NCBI RefSeq assembly: GCF_036321535.1
Contig: NC_087437.1
Coordinates: 44,642,001-44,706,000 of the forward strand
Length of the DNA: 64,000 nt
Origin: Camelus dromedarius
Lineage: Eukaryota
Direction of reading: 5' to 3'
Under the pieces are notes generated by a model that searched no databases, was not told where the DNA came from, and saw only the letters and a list, made by a program, of their open reading frames with translations. A program made the position numbers and the translations under genes. Below, piece after piece: positions 37,560 through 50,015 of the stretch. Each line of letters starts with the position of its first letter. Position 1 is the first letter of the stretch.

Positions 37560-38031
37560 CTCTCCATTATGTCAGTTTCACACACATGTGCAGCATTATA
37601 ACTCAACATCTGTGTGCACCACAGAGTGATCACCACGGCAGTTCTAATTACCATCCATCACCATGCAGTTTACCCCTTTACTCATTTCTCCTAGCCACCA
37701 ACCTCCTTCCCCTCTGGTAACCACTAATCTAATCTCCGTATCTTTAGGTTTTTATTTTATTTCGTTTGTTCATTTCTTTTGTTCTTTTAGATTCAACCTA
37801 TGAGTGAAGTCATATGGTATTTGTGTTTCTCTGTCTTATTTCACTTAGTATAAGAACTTGTTTCATCCATGTTGTTAGAAACAGCAGGATTATATTAATT
37901 TAATGGCTGAGTAGTATTCCATTGCATATACACACCCACACACACACACCCACACACACACCCCCACACACACACCACTTCTTTATCCATTCATCCACTG
38001 GTGGATCCTTAGGTTGTTTTCATACCCCAGC
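37560..38031 (-). mobile_element. L1 3'UTR fragment with 15-bp TSD and internal CA-rich repeat
   Basis: ccctctggtaaccactaatct...tttagattcaacctatgagtgaagtcatatggtatttg...tggctgagtagtattccattg. TSD ttgttgtttctcttt at 37545-37559 and 38032-38046. Confidence 0.85.
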
Positions 38032-38139
38032 TTGTTGTTTCTCTTTTTTAAGTGGTTTCTTAATCAAGCAATTTTGTATGTTATCAACAAAATATTGTTA
38101 CCACTTTGGATTTGACTGTTTCACTTAGTTCTTTAACAA

Positions 38140-40110
38140 AGTAATTTGTTTGTATATGCTAACAATAAATTATCTGAAAGAGAAATTTTAAAAATTCATA
38201 GTAACATCAATAAAATACTTAGAAATAAATTTAACCAGAGATGAAAGACTTGCATGCTGAAAACTGTAAGATCTCAGTGAAAAAGGTGGAAGAAAACACA
38301 GCTAAGTGGAAAGATATTCTGTGTTCTTGGACTGGAAGAATTCAAAATGTCCATGCTACTCAGAATGATCAACAGACTTAGCACAATGTCTATCAAAATT
38401 CACGTAGCATTTTTCACAGAAAGAGAAAAATATCCTACATTTGTATGGATCAGAAACTACCCCGAATAGCCAGTCATCCTAAGAAAGAAGAACAAGCCTA
38501 GAGGCATCACACTGCCTGACTGCAAGCTATCTTGTACAGGTATAGTGATCAAAACCTCATGATACTGGCATAAATACAGGTCTGTAGACCAGTAGAACAG
38601 AATAGAATCCATTCATAAGCCCATGCATATATGAATATATATGTTTAATTTTTGACAAGGGTGCCAAAAATGTAAAATGGGGAAATAAAAGTATCTTCAG
38701 TAAACACCATTAAGAAAATTGGATATGCAAATGCAAAAAAGTAGAGCTGGACTCCTATCTTATACCACTCATAAAAATCAATTTTAAATGGATCAATGAG
38801 CTAAATGTAAGACCTGACACTATAAAACCCCTAGAAGAAAACATAGGTAAAAAGATCCTTGACACTGATCTTGGCAGTAATTTCTTGGATAAGCCATCAA
38901 AAGCATAGGCAAAAAAAAAAAAAAAAAAAAGAAAAGAAAAAAAAGAGCAAGTGAAATCACATTAAAGAGCCTCTGCAGAACAAAGGAAACAATGTCCATT
39001 GGAAAGCAATCTAGAGAAATGAAAGAAATTATTTGTAAACCACATCCCTGATAAGGAACAAAGACCCAAAATATATTTTAAAAAAATCCATAAAACTCAA
39101 GAGCAAAAGAATGAATAATCCAATTAAACATGGGCAGGGGACCTGGATAGACATTTTTTTCCAAAGAAACCATACGAATGGCCAATAGATACATGAAAAG
39201 GGGCTCAGCATCACTAATCATCAGGGAAATGCAAATGGAAACCACAATGAGAGATCTCCTCACACTTGTTAGGATGGCTATTATAAAAAAGACAAGACAG
39301 CAAACATTGTTGAGGGGGTGGAGGAATGGGAAACTTAAACACTGTTGTTAGAATGTAAAATTGTGTAGCCATTATGGAAAACAGTAAGGCAGTTCCTCAA
39401 AAAATTAAAATCTGAACTACCATATGATCTAGTGATCCCATTCCTATCCCATTCCTGGGTTTATATCCAATAAATGAAATCAGTATCTCCAAGAGGTATC
39501 CACACACCCAGATTCATAAGCATTGTTCACAATAAACAACATATGGAAATAACTTCAGTGTCCACCAACAGATAAATGGATGAAAAAAATGTTATATATA
39601 CATATATACATAGATATTTAATGGAATATGATCCAGCCATTAAAAAGAAATTCTGCCATTTGAAACAACATGGATCCATCTGGAGGGAATTAAAAGCCAG
39701 AAAGAGTAAGAAAAATATTTTTGATATCATTTATGTGAGAAATCTTTTCAAAATTTCATAAAAACAATAAAATCATGGTTGTCAAGGTCTAGGGGGAGTG
39801 GGAAATGGAGTGATATAAGCATACATTTTCAGTTAAAAGAAGAATAAGTTCTGAGGATCTAATATACAGTTAGATCCTAGTTAACAATATAATGTTGCAT
39901 ACTTAAAAGTTTTTGAGGGTAGTTCTTAAACGTTCTTGCCACACACACACCAAAGTTACCTATATTAACTATGTAAGATGATGGATGTGTTAATTATCTT
40001 GATCTTGGTAATCATTCTACAATGAGTGTGTTTGTGTGTGTGTGTGTATACACATCACATCATCAATTTGTGCATTTTAAATTTGTATAATTTAAAAATT
40101 TGCAAGAAAA
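38140..40110 (+). mobile_element. L1MA8/L1MA9-like element (ORF2 3' half and 3'UTR)
   Basis: aaataaatttaaccagagatgaaagacttg..., ctagaagaaaacatagg, catcactaatcatcagggaaatgcaaat, and 3'UTR agaataagttctgaggatctaatatacag. Internal A20 expansion at 38911-38930. Confidence 0.9.
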
Positions 40111-43100
40111 AATCTAAAATTAAAAATCTAAATACGCTCTTGGTAATGTAACAAATGTTTTGACTAAAAAAAATTGGCTCTCTGAAACAAAAGGAAGTTG
40201 ATATAATAATAATGTTAAATAAATGGTTAAATATGCATGTGTTATGTGAATCAACTTTGCTTACACTGGTATTTTCCTGTGTGTGTTATAAAAGGTATCT
40301 ACAGCTTTTCCCAAACTTGTTTTATTCTGGAACTTTTTTTCTACAAGCGTCTTGTAAAGTGTCCACAGATGCTGCTTTAAGCAAACCCTATATGCACCTA
40401 AAAGTTGGAATTTTTACAGAAACTTAAATAAGTGTTCAATCTCTTCACTTTGAAAGCGGATATCTTCAAATGGCAAGATCTACCATTTGCATACAATTTT
40501 TCAGAAACGCACCTCTATATACAGTGCTGATAAGACTTGAAGGCACTGATTATTCTTTCCCTTTGATCTGGAATTTCACCTGCAAATGTATAGCCTTAAG
40601 TATCTTATAATTTGACACTAATCTCTCCACAGTTACTACTGGTAACTATATTTTTTAGTTGCAAAGTTATAATTTTAAGACTAGAGTGATAAAAAAAAAA
40701 ATTGAACAGTAGAAGAAATTAAGCTGTTTTAACCCTGAAACAATAGTCCTCTTGAGGGCCATGATCGTAATTTTCTGTATGTCTCCAAGGAGTAGAAAAA
40801 TCATTTCAGTTACAGCCCAAGGAAGAATTCTTAAATAGGATAAATTACCTTAAGGTCTCAAACACTGCAGATGTTGTGAAGGAGGATCAAGTATTTCTTT
40901 GGGTGGTTGTTCCAGTAAGCTTTTGTTTATGTAGTAATTCACTTGTGAATTCATACTTTAATTATTTTTGTGTTTGTTTGTTTGTTTAGCTTCATAATGT
41001 ATCAGAGAATCTGCAGTTGGTTTCCTAGGCTCTACTGTTCTCTAGGTTGTAGCTTTCATGTTTGTTGTTAACTTACCTCTGTCGTGCCTTTACAAATTCT
41101 GGCTCTAAGTCTATAAGCCACATATAATAACAGTTGGGGAATATAAGAGACCATGACAATTTTAAGTCCAGTGTTGATGTTGACAGCTATTTTCTGCGGC
41201 TGTGTAACTACATAAACATGGTGGGTAACTAGCTATTCTCCTGTGATAACCATCTCTTCCTGAAGCAGCTCCAAGTCATTTATCTGTGGCAGTCAGTAGT
41301 AACTACAAAAAGAATTAAAGGTGGCAGTAGCCTAGATATAAAATTAAAATAGACCTGAATCTAGAGAAGATTATAAAGATAAGCTATTTTTAGAATCACA
41401 GCTTCAAAACTGGTACCCTTGTCCACAGCACTCTTTTTTTCTCAAGTAATCCAGAATTATTTAGTTAGAAAATCTCAAATTGAATGAAGGGTATTAATTT
41501 ACAAATTATGTTTTACATGAAGTTCAGTCAGCTTTGAAATAAAAGGACATTTTTCTAGCTGTATATAGAGTATCATCCAAAATATTAAGCAAATTTCAGT
41601 AATATTCAGTATATCATTATAGGTTAAGAAATTAATAAGTTACTGCACAGTCTCAAAGGAAGTGATGTGCTCTTGCTTGGGAAAGATGCACGAGGGTGGT
41701 TGGCATTTTCACTTTATCCTAGAAATTGAATTTGATAAAAAGAACTATGTACATTACAGAGGATTCCAAGATCTAATGTAGCTCCTTTTATGAGTTTATT
41801 GTATTATTTGTGGAAAAATTATCAACTCTACATGGCAAAAATAAAGCCATAATTAATCATCTATAATTTTGCTATCCCAAGAAAGCCACTGAGAATATTT
41901 TTTCTTTGTGTAATGCATGTAGCTAAATTAATACCAAAAGGAAACTGTCTGCATTTTTCTCTCAATATATTATAAATAGCTTACATTTCAAATATATATA
42001 GTAATATCATTGGAACATGAGTGAATATAGATGAAAGTTAAGTGTAGGGGAATTCATCATAATGTACTTAACAACTTTTCTATAGGTTTGAATTTTCAAA
42101 TTAAATTTAATTAATGAATGTATGTTACTTCATTACGTAGCTATATTACCATTTGTTAACCAGTTCCTTTTTTTTGAACATTTTTATAATCTTTAAGTTT
42201 TTTTTTAAATTCTTAACCATGCTGTTATACACATAGTTTTACCAACCTCTTCCCCTTTTCCAGCTAGTTGCTTTATCAATCATTAGACAGTTACAGTAAC
42301 AGAAGCTATTCTTTTTAAGCAGAAATAGGTTTTGATGTGGAATTTGTTGTTACAAAGTCTTTGCAGGGCTTCAAGAGCCACCTCTAGGTCCTCCAGGGAT
42401 GACTCCCAGAACAGTGTGATAATAGGGACCTTCCAAGGGCATTGCTTCCTCTGCATGAGCAGAGAGCTTGGGAATCAAGAAGCCACTGCCCAAACTGCTC
42501 ACTCTAGTGTCCAGTATTTCTCCTAAGACGCAGGGAGCTAAAAGTTACTAGCTTTAGGACCGCATTGCCTCAGCCATATGGCACAGGAAATGCTGCGCCC
42601 CAGGATCACACCTCCTCTGCCAGGGATGCAGTGCCAGCACACACCTCTGTGACTATTCCTATCATGGCAGAAGCAGCAGGTGCTGCCTTTCGTTCCCCTT
42701 ACTAACTCCACGCAGGTGCATGTGCATGGCAACAGCTAGGTCTCAGCAAGCTGTAAAATTATCAGGAGCTTTTCAGTCTCTAGTAATGCAGTAGGCAGTC
42801 TGCAGTATTTTACAGATTCATGGAATAACTTCCAAAATATGAAGTTTCTGGGTCAAAAAATATTAGTTTATAATATCACAGCAGTATACTGGAGTGCCTT
42901 TTCTTGTAAACACTCTTTCACAGCATTGTGTTCTAACATTCTGTTTTTAAGACTTATTTGCAAATGTGATAGTCAAGCTTGGTAGTATCTCTCTTACTAT
43001 TTACTTTATATTGTCTCTGCCTGATTGTACGAGGAGAGGGTTGCACTGTTGGTGTATATACAGTGCACATCGTAGAGTAGTTCCTAAGACATAGACAAAT

Positions 43101-43149
43101 ACATTTGCAGTGTCCAGTTTTCTGGTTGAAGGGGGTCATAGATTTCAAG

Positions 43150-43470
43150 CATTATCTTTTCCTTCACGTCTTTACTTCAAGTCACCTTCTGAGTGAGAAA
43201 TTCCTGGCCCCAATATTTAAAATATGAAATATCATCCTGATATTTTTTAATCTCCTTTACAGCTCTGTATTTTTCTTGTCAGTAACATTATATAACTTAT
43301 CAGTAACATTATATAACTAACATTTTTGCTTATTACCTCTTTCCCCCAGCAGAATGTAAACTCCTTGAGAGTAGATTATTTGGACTGTTTTATTCAATGC
43401 TGTATTTCCAGTATCTGGCACATAGAGACCCTTCAATATTATTTCTTAAATGAATAAATAAATGGATAGA
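43150..43470 (+). mobile_element. L2 3' end
   Basis: agaatgtaaactccttgagagtag...ttattcaatgctgtatttccagtatctggcacatag...aatgaataaataaatgga. Confidence 0.75.
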
Positions 43471-43524
43471 GACTACTTTTCTTACATGCTCTGTTTTAAT
43501 TAAGCAAAGTTTGCATGCAGAGCT

Positions 43525-44330
43525 TTTGCTTCCACTTCAAATGTAAAAAGTTGCAGGGGACCATTGCTTCCACTCTAACAGTAAGAATAAGTGGGACAGG
43601 TTACAAAAGCATAGTTTGAAAAAGTTTCTTAGAGAAGTGAGATGCAAATAAACCTAAATAAACTGAAATCGAGGAAGTGATAAGCCCTTCCTAGGGTTTA
43701 TGGCAGAATGACAAGGTGAGGAGGGATCACGGGTAACAAGAGACCAGCAAAACTTGTAATGAATGTTCAACAGGCCCCTTGGGATGGCACGATGATTTAG
43801 AATCCCAGTCACTTCAGGGATGGACTCTTCCCCATAGACCTTCACTAGGAGCATGAGGTAGGACAGCAGAGGCTGGGGGCAGGGCAGACTAACTGCGAGA
43901 AATCTCTCTGAAACACGTAAGTTGTCCCCGAGTACAAGAACCAGCTGCAGAAATCTGGGTTAGGTTTGCGGAGAGAAATCCCTCCCAAGTGCTTCCGCTC
44001 TTCACTGAGCACACAGAACGAGCTGCCGGTGGCTCAGGACGAGGAAGGGTATCTGAGAAAAAATTCCTTGGAGTCACCCAGCATTTTACAGAGTACAGGG
44101 CGGTGGTCGCTGGAGATGAGGGAGGCGGAGGTAAACAGAGAAACCCATCCCAGGAGCTCCAAGTCAGCAGCAGGTACAAGGCAGCAGCTATTGAAGTTTA
44201 GAACAGGGCAGCAGGGCAAAAAGAAATCTCCGAACTTTAGAAAACTAGGCACAGGACTGCAGAGCAAAGGTTACTTCAGACAGCCGAAAATAAAACAAGA
44301 CAAAAGAAAACTGGCATTTAGGCTGTAAAA
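43525..44330 (+). mobile_element. Probable ancient L1M 5'UTR-like fragment (GC/purine-rich)
   Basis: Starts gcttccacttc...ccattgcttccactctaacagtaagaataag, resembling old L1 5' ends. Assignment is from pattern recall only. Confidence 0.45.
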
Positions 44331-44334
44331 CAGA

Positions 44335-44625
44335 CCATTCATGGTTTAGCACCCTGGCAGCTGGACATGGAAATATCTCTGGAGTCACATCAGGAATCAA
44401 ATCTCAGCATGAAGTTTACCATAAATCGCATCATTACTATAAACTCTGTAATAGTTTATGACTCAGGCCCTCAGGCATACAAACTCTCATCAGGTGGACT
44501 ATTCCAAGGGCTCAGAGCTCCTCTCTCTGCAGTGGCCACAGGTCAGTCCTAAAGAAAGGCCTTTGTGGGAATGTGTGGTGTGAGGAACCAGGCCTGCTGA
44601 GTTAACCCCTAACCCCTTTGCATGC
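44335..44625. mobile_element. MER77/MER21-like LTR fragment
   Basis: ggccctcaggcatacaaactctcatcagg...attccaagggctcagagctc...aggcctgctgagttaacccct. Confidence 0.55.
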
Positions 44626-44739
44626 AGAAATGTTAAAATAATTTCTTCACACTGAAAAGAAATGATCTGCAGGGATAAATAAAGAGCACCCAAAGGGTGA
44701 ATCAGATTTTAATGGGCAAATATGATAGATATGTATATA

Positions 44740-45300
44740 TTTTTAATTTTATATATACCTGCTAGAATGGGGAACATTTGAAAGACTGTCAGCACCTTAT
44801 ATACAGGGTTTTGGAGCAACTGGAATTCCCGTACTTTACTGGTGGTAGTATGAGATGGTACCAGCTCTGGAAAAATGGGTTTGGCAATTTCTTCTAAACA
44901 CATATCAGCCAGCAACCCCAAGTCTAGGTACTTATCCAAGAGAAATGAAAAGTACAAAGACATGCACAAGTATATTCATGATAACTTTATTCATAAGAGG
45001 CCAAACAGGAAACAACCTAAATGTCTATTAGGAGAGTAGAATAGCAAATTTTGGTTCTCTCATACATAGCCATAAAAAGGAACCATCTATTGACACATGC
45101 AATGTCATGCGTGAATCCCAAAATATTATTTGCAGAAGAAGCCAGACACAAAAGTACACTTGTACAATTCTATTTATACAACGTCCTAGAATTAATCTAT
45201 AGTGAAAGAAATCAGAACAGTATTCACTTTTGAGATTGGAGTGGGATTGTACATGAACTTCAGTACGTCTGTACTCAGTGTAAATCCTTAAAAATAAAAT
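44740..45300 (+). mobile_element. L1ME-like 3' fragment
   Basis: ggagcaactggaattcccgtac...ctaggtacttatccaagagaaatgaaaa...aaacaacctaaatgtctatt...agaagccagacacaaaag. Confidence 0.75.
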
Positions 45301-48300
45301 CCTCAAAAGGATCCATCTCAAGCTTAGAGATGTAGAATTTCTAATATTATAGTGCTAAGGCTAAACACAAAGTACTGCTGGGAAAAAAAAGTTACTCACT
45401 TTTCAGTAAGAATTAGAGAAACTAAAATATGCTTATCTAAGGGACACATATTAACCAACACTAGCCAAAGTCTAGAAAATCTCAACATGAATGTTAAAGT
45501 ATTCATTAGATTCTGCATCTGTTAAAATTACAATAATTTTATATTCAGTGAATTCTTCACTTTGCACAGGAGGCTTCTTAAGTCTGAAATTTTCAAGAGG
45601 CTGTTCAGTATTAAGTTTCCAATCGCCAAATGTATCTCAAAAGACAAAGTCATAAAAATTGTTCAAATGCGTAGTCATAGACTGCAGACAGAGTTTATTT
45701 AGCCAAAAGCTTTTTAAAAGTAACTCAGGAAATCTGTGCAGTTGGCAGAGACGGCCGTGGTCTATGATGTGGGCCTTTAATCCACCAGTGTCTTGAAGAA
45801 CATTTATTATAGCAACACAACTTTCAGCTCCTTTTGAGGAAATTTGTCAGCATGCTATGTAAGTTGTCATGTGATAATTTCTGAAATTTCTCAGAAGATA
45901 TTTTCATTGTGTTTAAAATGATAGTTGTTCTTATAGACTCGTTGCTTCCTTAAGGGTAATTCATTCATAACTACATGTTCACTAACATTCTAGTTTTATT
46001 TGAGATTACTGATCCCTTTCAGTCTAAAAAACAATAAATTTAGGTCAGACATAATTTCTCTGGATGAAACTCTGATGTTGATCTTACGGAACTTTATGAG
46101 GAAAGCATAGGTGAATATTTAACATAACCTTTACAGATGGGCCCTTGAGACTTTTAGTTAATTTTTGGACCTTTTCTAATTTCCCTAAGCATTTTACTAG
46201 GAATATAGGGAATTTAATTTTATTTATAAACTCTGCTCGTCCCAATAACATCTTTGGGATGTGGACACAAAAGCTGGATGAATACATTGTGTTCAAGAAT
46301 CTTTCCTTAAAATAAACATACCTGAAACAAAAAAATCAGAATTGTATGAATACACAAAATTATTACTTGAGAAATAAACCTCACTCGAAGATGGTATTAG
46401 TTGAGCAAAATATTTCTAGATCAAGTTGCCGTACTGTGCATAATACATACTCTCAACTTCAGTATCCTTTTATTCTCCTTTAAACCTGCTCTGTCCAAGG
46501 TTCTTCATTAATCCTCTTTTCTCTTTTTTCTTCTATCTCTTTTTCCTCCTTTCAAGAAATTTAAAAATCAACTGTCTAATGAATCATTAAAAAATTTTCC
46601 TTCACTTTCATGTCTCATTTTATAACATTTGACTTCAACTCAGGCATCCTCAGGGCTAGTTCTTCAGTACTGTTTCCTTTTTAAAATCATCTCAAAGGAA
46701 TGCACTTGGTCTTTCAAGACTAGGTTGCTGAGGGGCATTAATGCAAACAAAGGTGCCCTGTGTTGAGAACAATGGGCTATTGGTCCTGGGGAGGCATTTG
46801 AGTGTCTGCGTGGGTGGTGGCAGGTCTTAGCCCTGGGTACTAAAAGCATTGAAGACTTTGATCGATGTGAAGAATGGATGGAAGAAGAAGCATTTATTGA
46901 GTATGTGTGTGCGAGGTCCTATACTAAGCACATGCTTATATATTATTAATTACTTCATTGTGTCCTCTGAACAATGCTGTAAGCTTGGAATTTCAGATGG
47001 AAGAGGTACAGTGTATTTAGTTTTGCAGCAAAGAGTTGCTGATAATAAGATTAGACTGGCTGACATATAAATTATAACCAGACTAACTTCACGCTTGTTA
47101 GAGCAGCTAGTCCTGCAAGCAAACTGTGACCAATTGTGTCACTTAGTTAAACAAATATACTGAGGCAAGATATTTCAGCAGAAGGACCACTTTTCAGCCA
47201 AATGCTTTATTTGGGCAAGGGTGAAATTAAAAGGAACATACATAAATGTCCTTTCACTGTGAACAGTGTACACAAGCGCCAAAGATTAAAATGTTTCCTG
47301 TTGCTTTAAAAGTTCGTCTGTCAGGAAAACCCAGTTAGGAAAAAATTAATCATTACATTCATAAGATATACATATTTATGAAAACAGTTCACAGTTTATC
47401 TGAGCAAAAATATAATAGTCAATACTTTTAAATCACTAAGTGTCTCTTGAAAGATGTAATTATTTGCAAATACTATGCAAGTAACAAATCATATTTACAA
47501 GATTATTTTAATCATGTTATAAAACTGCTGTCATCGCAGCTTAAATTCTCCTTGATTAATATTGTATGCTCCTAATTAAGGATCCTATGTACTCAGTAAC
47601 TGTTGCTATTTGTTTTTTTTTAAGTAAGAATTTAACTTTTTTTAGTAAAGAAAATAATGTTTTGATAATGTCAAACTCATTCTTAAAATATTATAGTACT
47701 GTTGCATATTACAATGCATCCAGTAAAAACAAAAAAATATGTAGTGATTTAGGTTATTTCCACAGATTGTGTGTGTGTGTTCATTCGGTGTTAATTAGAA
47801 CTGAAGCAGATGAGGCCAAGTATTGATAAGAACTTTAGTTAACTGGATTATGAAAAGCAAATTACATTGTTTAAATTGCCAACATAAATAGTTTTTTTTT
47901 TTTTCTTTTCCTTGTCATATGGAGAAAGGAGGTAGGAAGCTTGGCTGTGTGGCTTTCTGCTAAGATAACAGAACTGCTAATTGCTGATTGTGGCCCTCTC
48001 AGTGGTGCTCTTTCTTTGCCTGTGTAGACTAAGTTGAAATACAGTTACCAGTCGCCTTAGTGATTGCTGGCTTTGCCAACTGTATCAGCTAAGGATGGAG
48101 AGCAATAAGCAGTACAGGGGTAATGCGATTGATGCCTACGTGTGTGTCTAGAAGGACTCTTTCTGGCTGGACAGTTCATTGGCCTTGTGATATTTAGTTA
48201 ACTGGTTAACCTCTCTCACCCTCAGTTTGGTTTCTTTGTTTTGTCAATCTGTAAGACAACGGTAATAATAATAATAACTATCTTACCAATGTCAGCAATT

Positions 48301-48324
48301 ATTGTGGGAATCAAAGAGTATATC

Positions 48325-48673
48325 TGTTAAAAGATAAAAGATAAAATATTAAATATTTAAGAGTCTTTTTGAGCAGCAGTTGATTTGAATAGGGTAGCCC
48401 CCAACCAGAAGTGGTTAAGTGCACCCCACAGACAGGAGCAGGGGTAACACTTTGTTACAGGGAAGAGGGGGAAGCAAAGCAAGGGCATTATTTGATTGGC
48501 TGTAGCTTAAGTGGTTGCGTTCTTTGAGAAAGTCTAGTGGTTGGTTATACTTACGTTCTGATTTCTCAAGCTTGAGGTATTTCAGCCTTAGGTTTTAATT
48601 TACCTTATATGTAGGCTACTAAGGTATTAAAGCCGTTTCCATCTAATGGCCTCCTTGTCAAATTAATATAACG
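48325..48673 (-). mobile_element. MER57-like ERV1 solo LTR inserted in a MIR-like SINE
   Basis: tgttaaaag...taaatatttaagagtctttttgagc...gattggctgtagc...aaattaatataacg follows the reverse complement of the recalled MER57 layout. Flanks ~48170-48324 and 48674-48710 are MIR-like. Confidence 0.65.
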
Positions 48674-49289
48674 TGCCAAAAGCACCTTTAAAAACTGTAA
48701 AACACATAAGTCTCTTTTCCCATAAAAAAAACCAGATCAGACTGTAGTAAAATCAAGAGGTAATAGCGTGTTAGCTTTACCTTGTTCCGCAGAGTAGGGT
48801 GCCAGGCTCTTAGGCTTCTCAGGTGTCTTTCTTCTGGGAGGGCAGAGGCGAAGGAGAAGGCTCTTCTCGAAGACACACAGAGCCTACCTCCCCGCCATGC
48901 ACTCTCGAGTTCCCCCCCTTCTCCACTCAGGCTCACGCGTCAGTGACTTGGAGGACTTCTGTTGCCCAGGTGGCCTCTCTCCTTATTCCCTCAGCATCAC
49001 TGGCTTCCTGAATGATAAATTTGCTGTGGTTTTCAGAGTCCACATTCATCCTCTGATCTGTCTTTGGCGGCCGTCAGGCTGTGTGTGGAGTCACACCCTC
49101 AACCGCTGGGGCTACATTTCTTAGTTTCCCAAGAAGAGGGGCTCACTCATTCTCTACTGTCCTCACAATGAAAGCTCTTAGATGCAGTGAAAGTTTCCTC
49201 AGGGTCTGGTGCAGAAATAAGATGATGTCATAACACAGTTACGACATTAAACTCTTTTTACTTGTCAGTAGTTGGAGGGTGTCTCTTGT

Positions 49290-50015
49290 CTGACTTCACG
49301 TGTCTCAACTCTCACCCGGTTGTTCAGGCCCCAAATGGTGGAGTCATTCCTGACTTCTCTCTATCTCATACTGCCCCTGCCTTCCATCTGGGAATCCTGT
49401 TGGCTCGACTGTCAGCACGGAGCCAGAATCCAGTCGTATCTCTCTGCATTCTCCCTCTCTACTCTTGCCCCACCTAAGGTGATTGCAGCAGCCTCCTCAC
49501 TGTTCACCCTGCTTTTATCTCTGCCCACCCCCCACCCCCCAGTCTATTCTCAGAATATCATCCACAGTTATCCTTCAAAACCTAACTCGGTCCAAGCTGT
49601 GCTCTGCTTCTTATTTCACTCTCGGTAAAAGCCAGTCCTTACAATGGTCTAAAAGGCCCTTCAAAATCTAACCTTCTTACCTAACTGACAGCATCTTCTA
49701 TGCTGTCCCCTCTGCACACTGCTAGTCATGGTCTCTCACGGTGAAAACTACTCCAGCCGCCTTATTCAGATTTGCCACCCCTCCCCTCCCAGGCACTACT
49801 CAGTCCCTCACCCTGTACATCCTGTACATCCAGCACTCAGAACATCCCGTGTATCTGCTTACTGTGTTGACTGTCAGCCTCTTACCTCTGGAATATCAGG
49901 CACGTGAGGACAAGGAGGGACACTTACTTGTTTCATTCACTGATCCTTCCTTGGAGTCTAAGACAGTTACTGGTGCATCGTAGGTTCTCAAATAATTGCT
50001 CTATGAATAAATGAA
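49290..50015 (+). mobile_element. L2 LINE 3' portion
   Basis: ggagtcattcctgacttctctctatctcat...aaaagccagtccttacaatggtctaaaaggccct...tgtttcattcactgatcc...gaataaatgaa. Confidence 0.8.

Noticed and set aside
38911..38945. A20-rich tract as the tail of a retrocopy
   Set aside because: It sits at an A-rich position within colinear L1 ORF2 sequence with no TSD or upstream insert; a simple slippage expansion.
37560..40110. Adjacent opposite-strand L1 pieces as one twin-primed (5'-inverted) insertion
   Set aside because: The minus-strand piece is a 3'UTR with its own TSD, and the plus-strand element has its own different 3'UTR, so these are two independent insertions.
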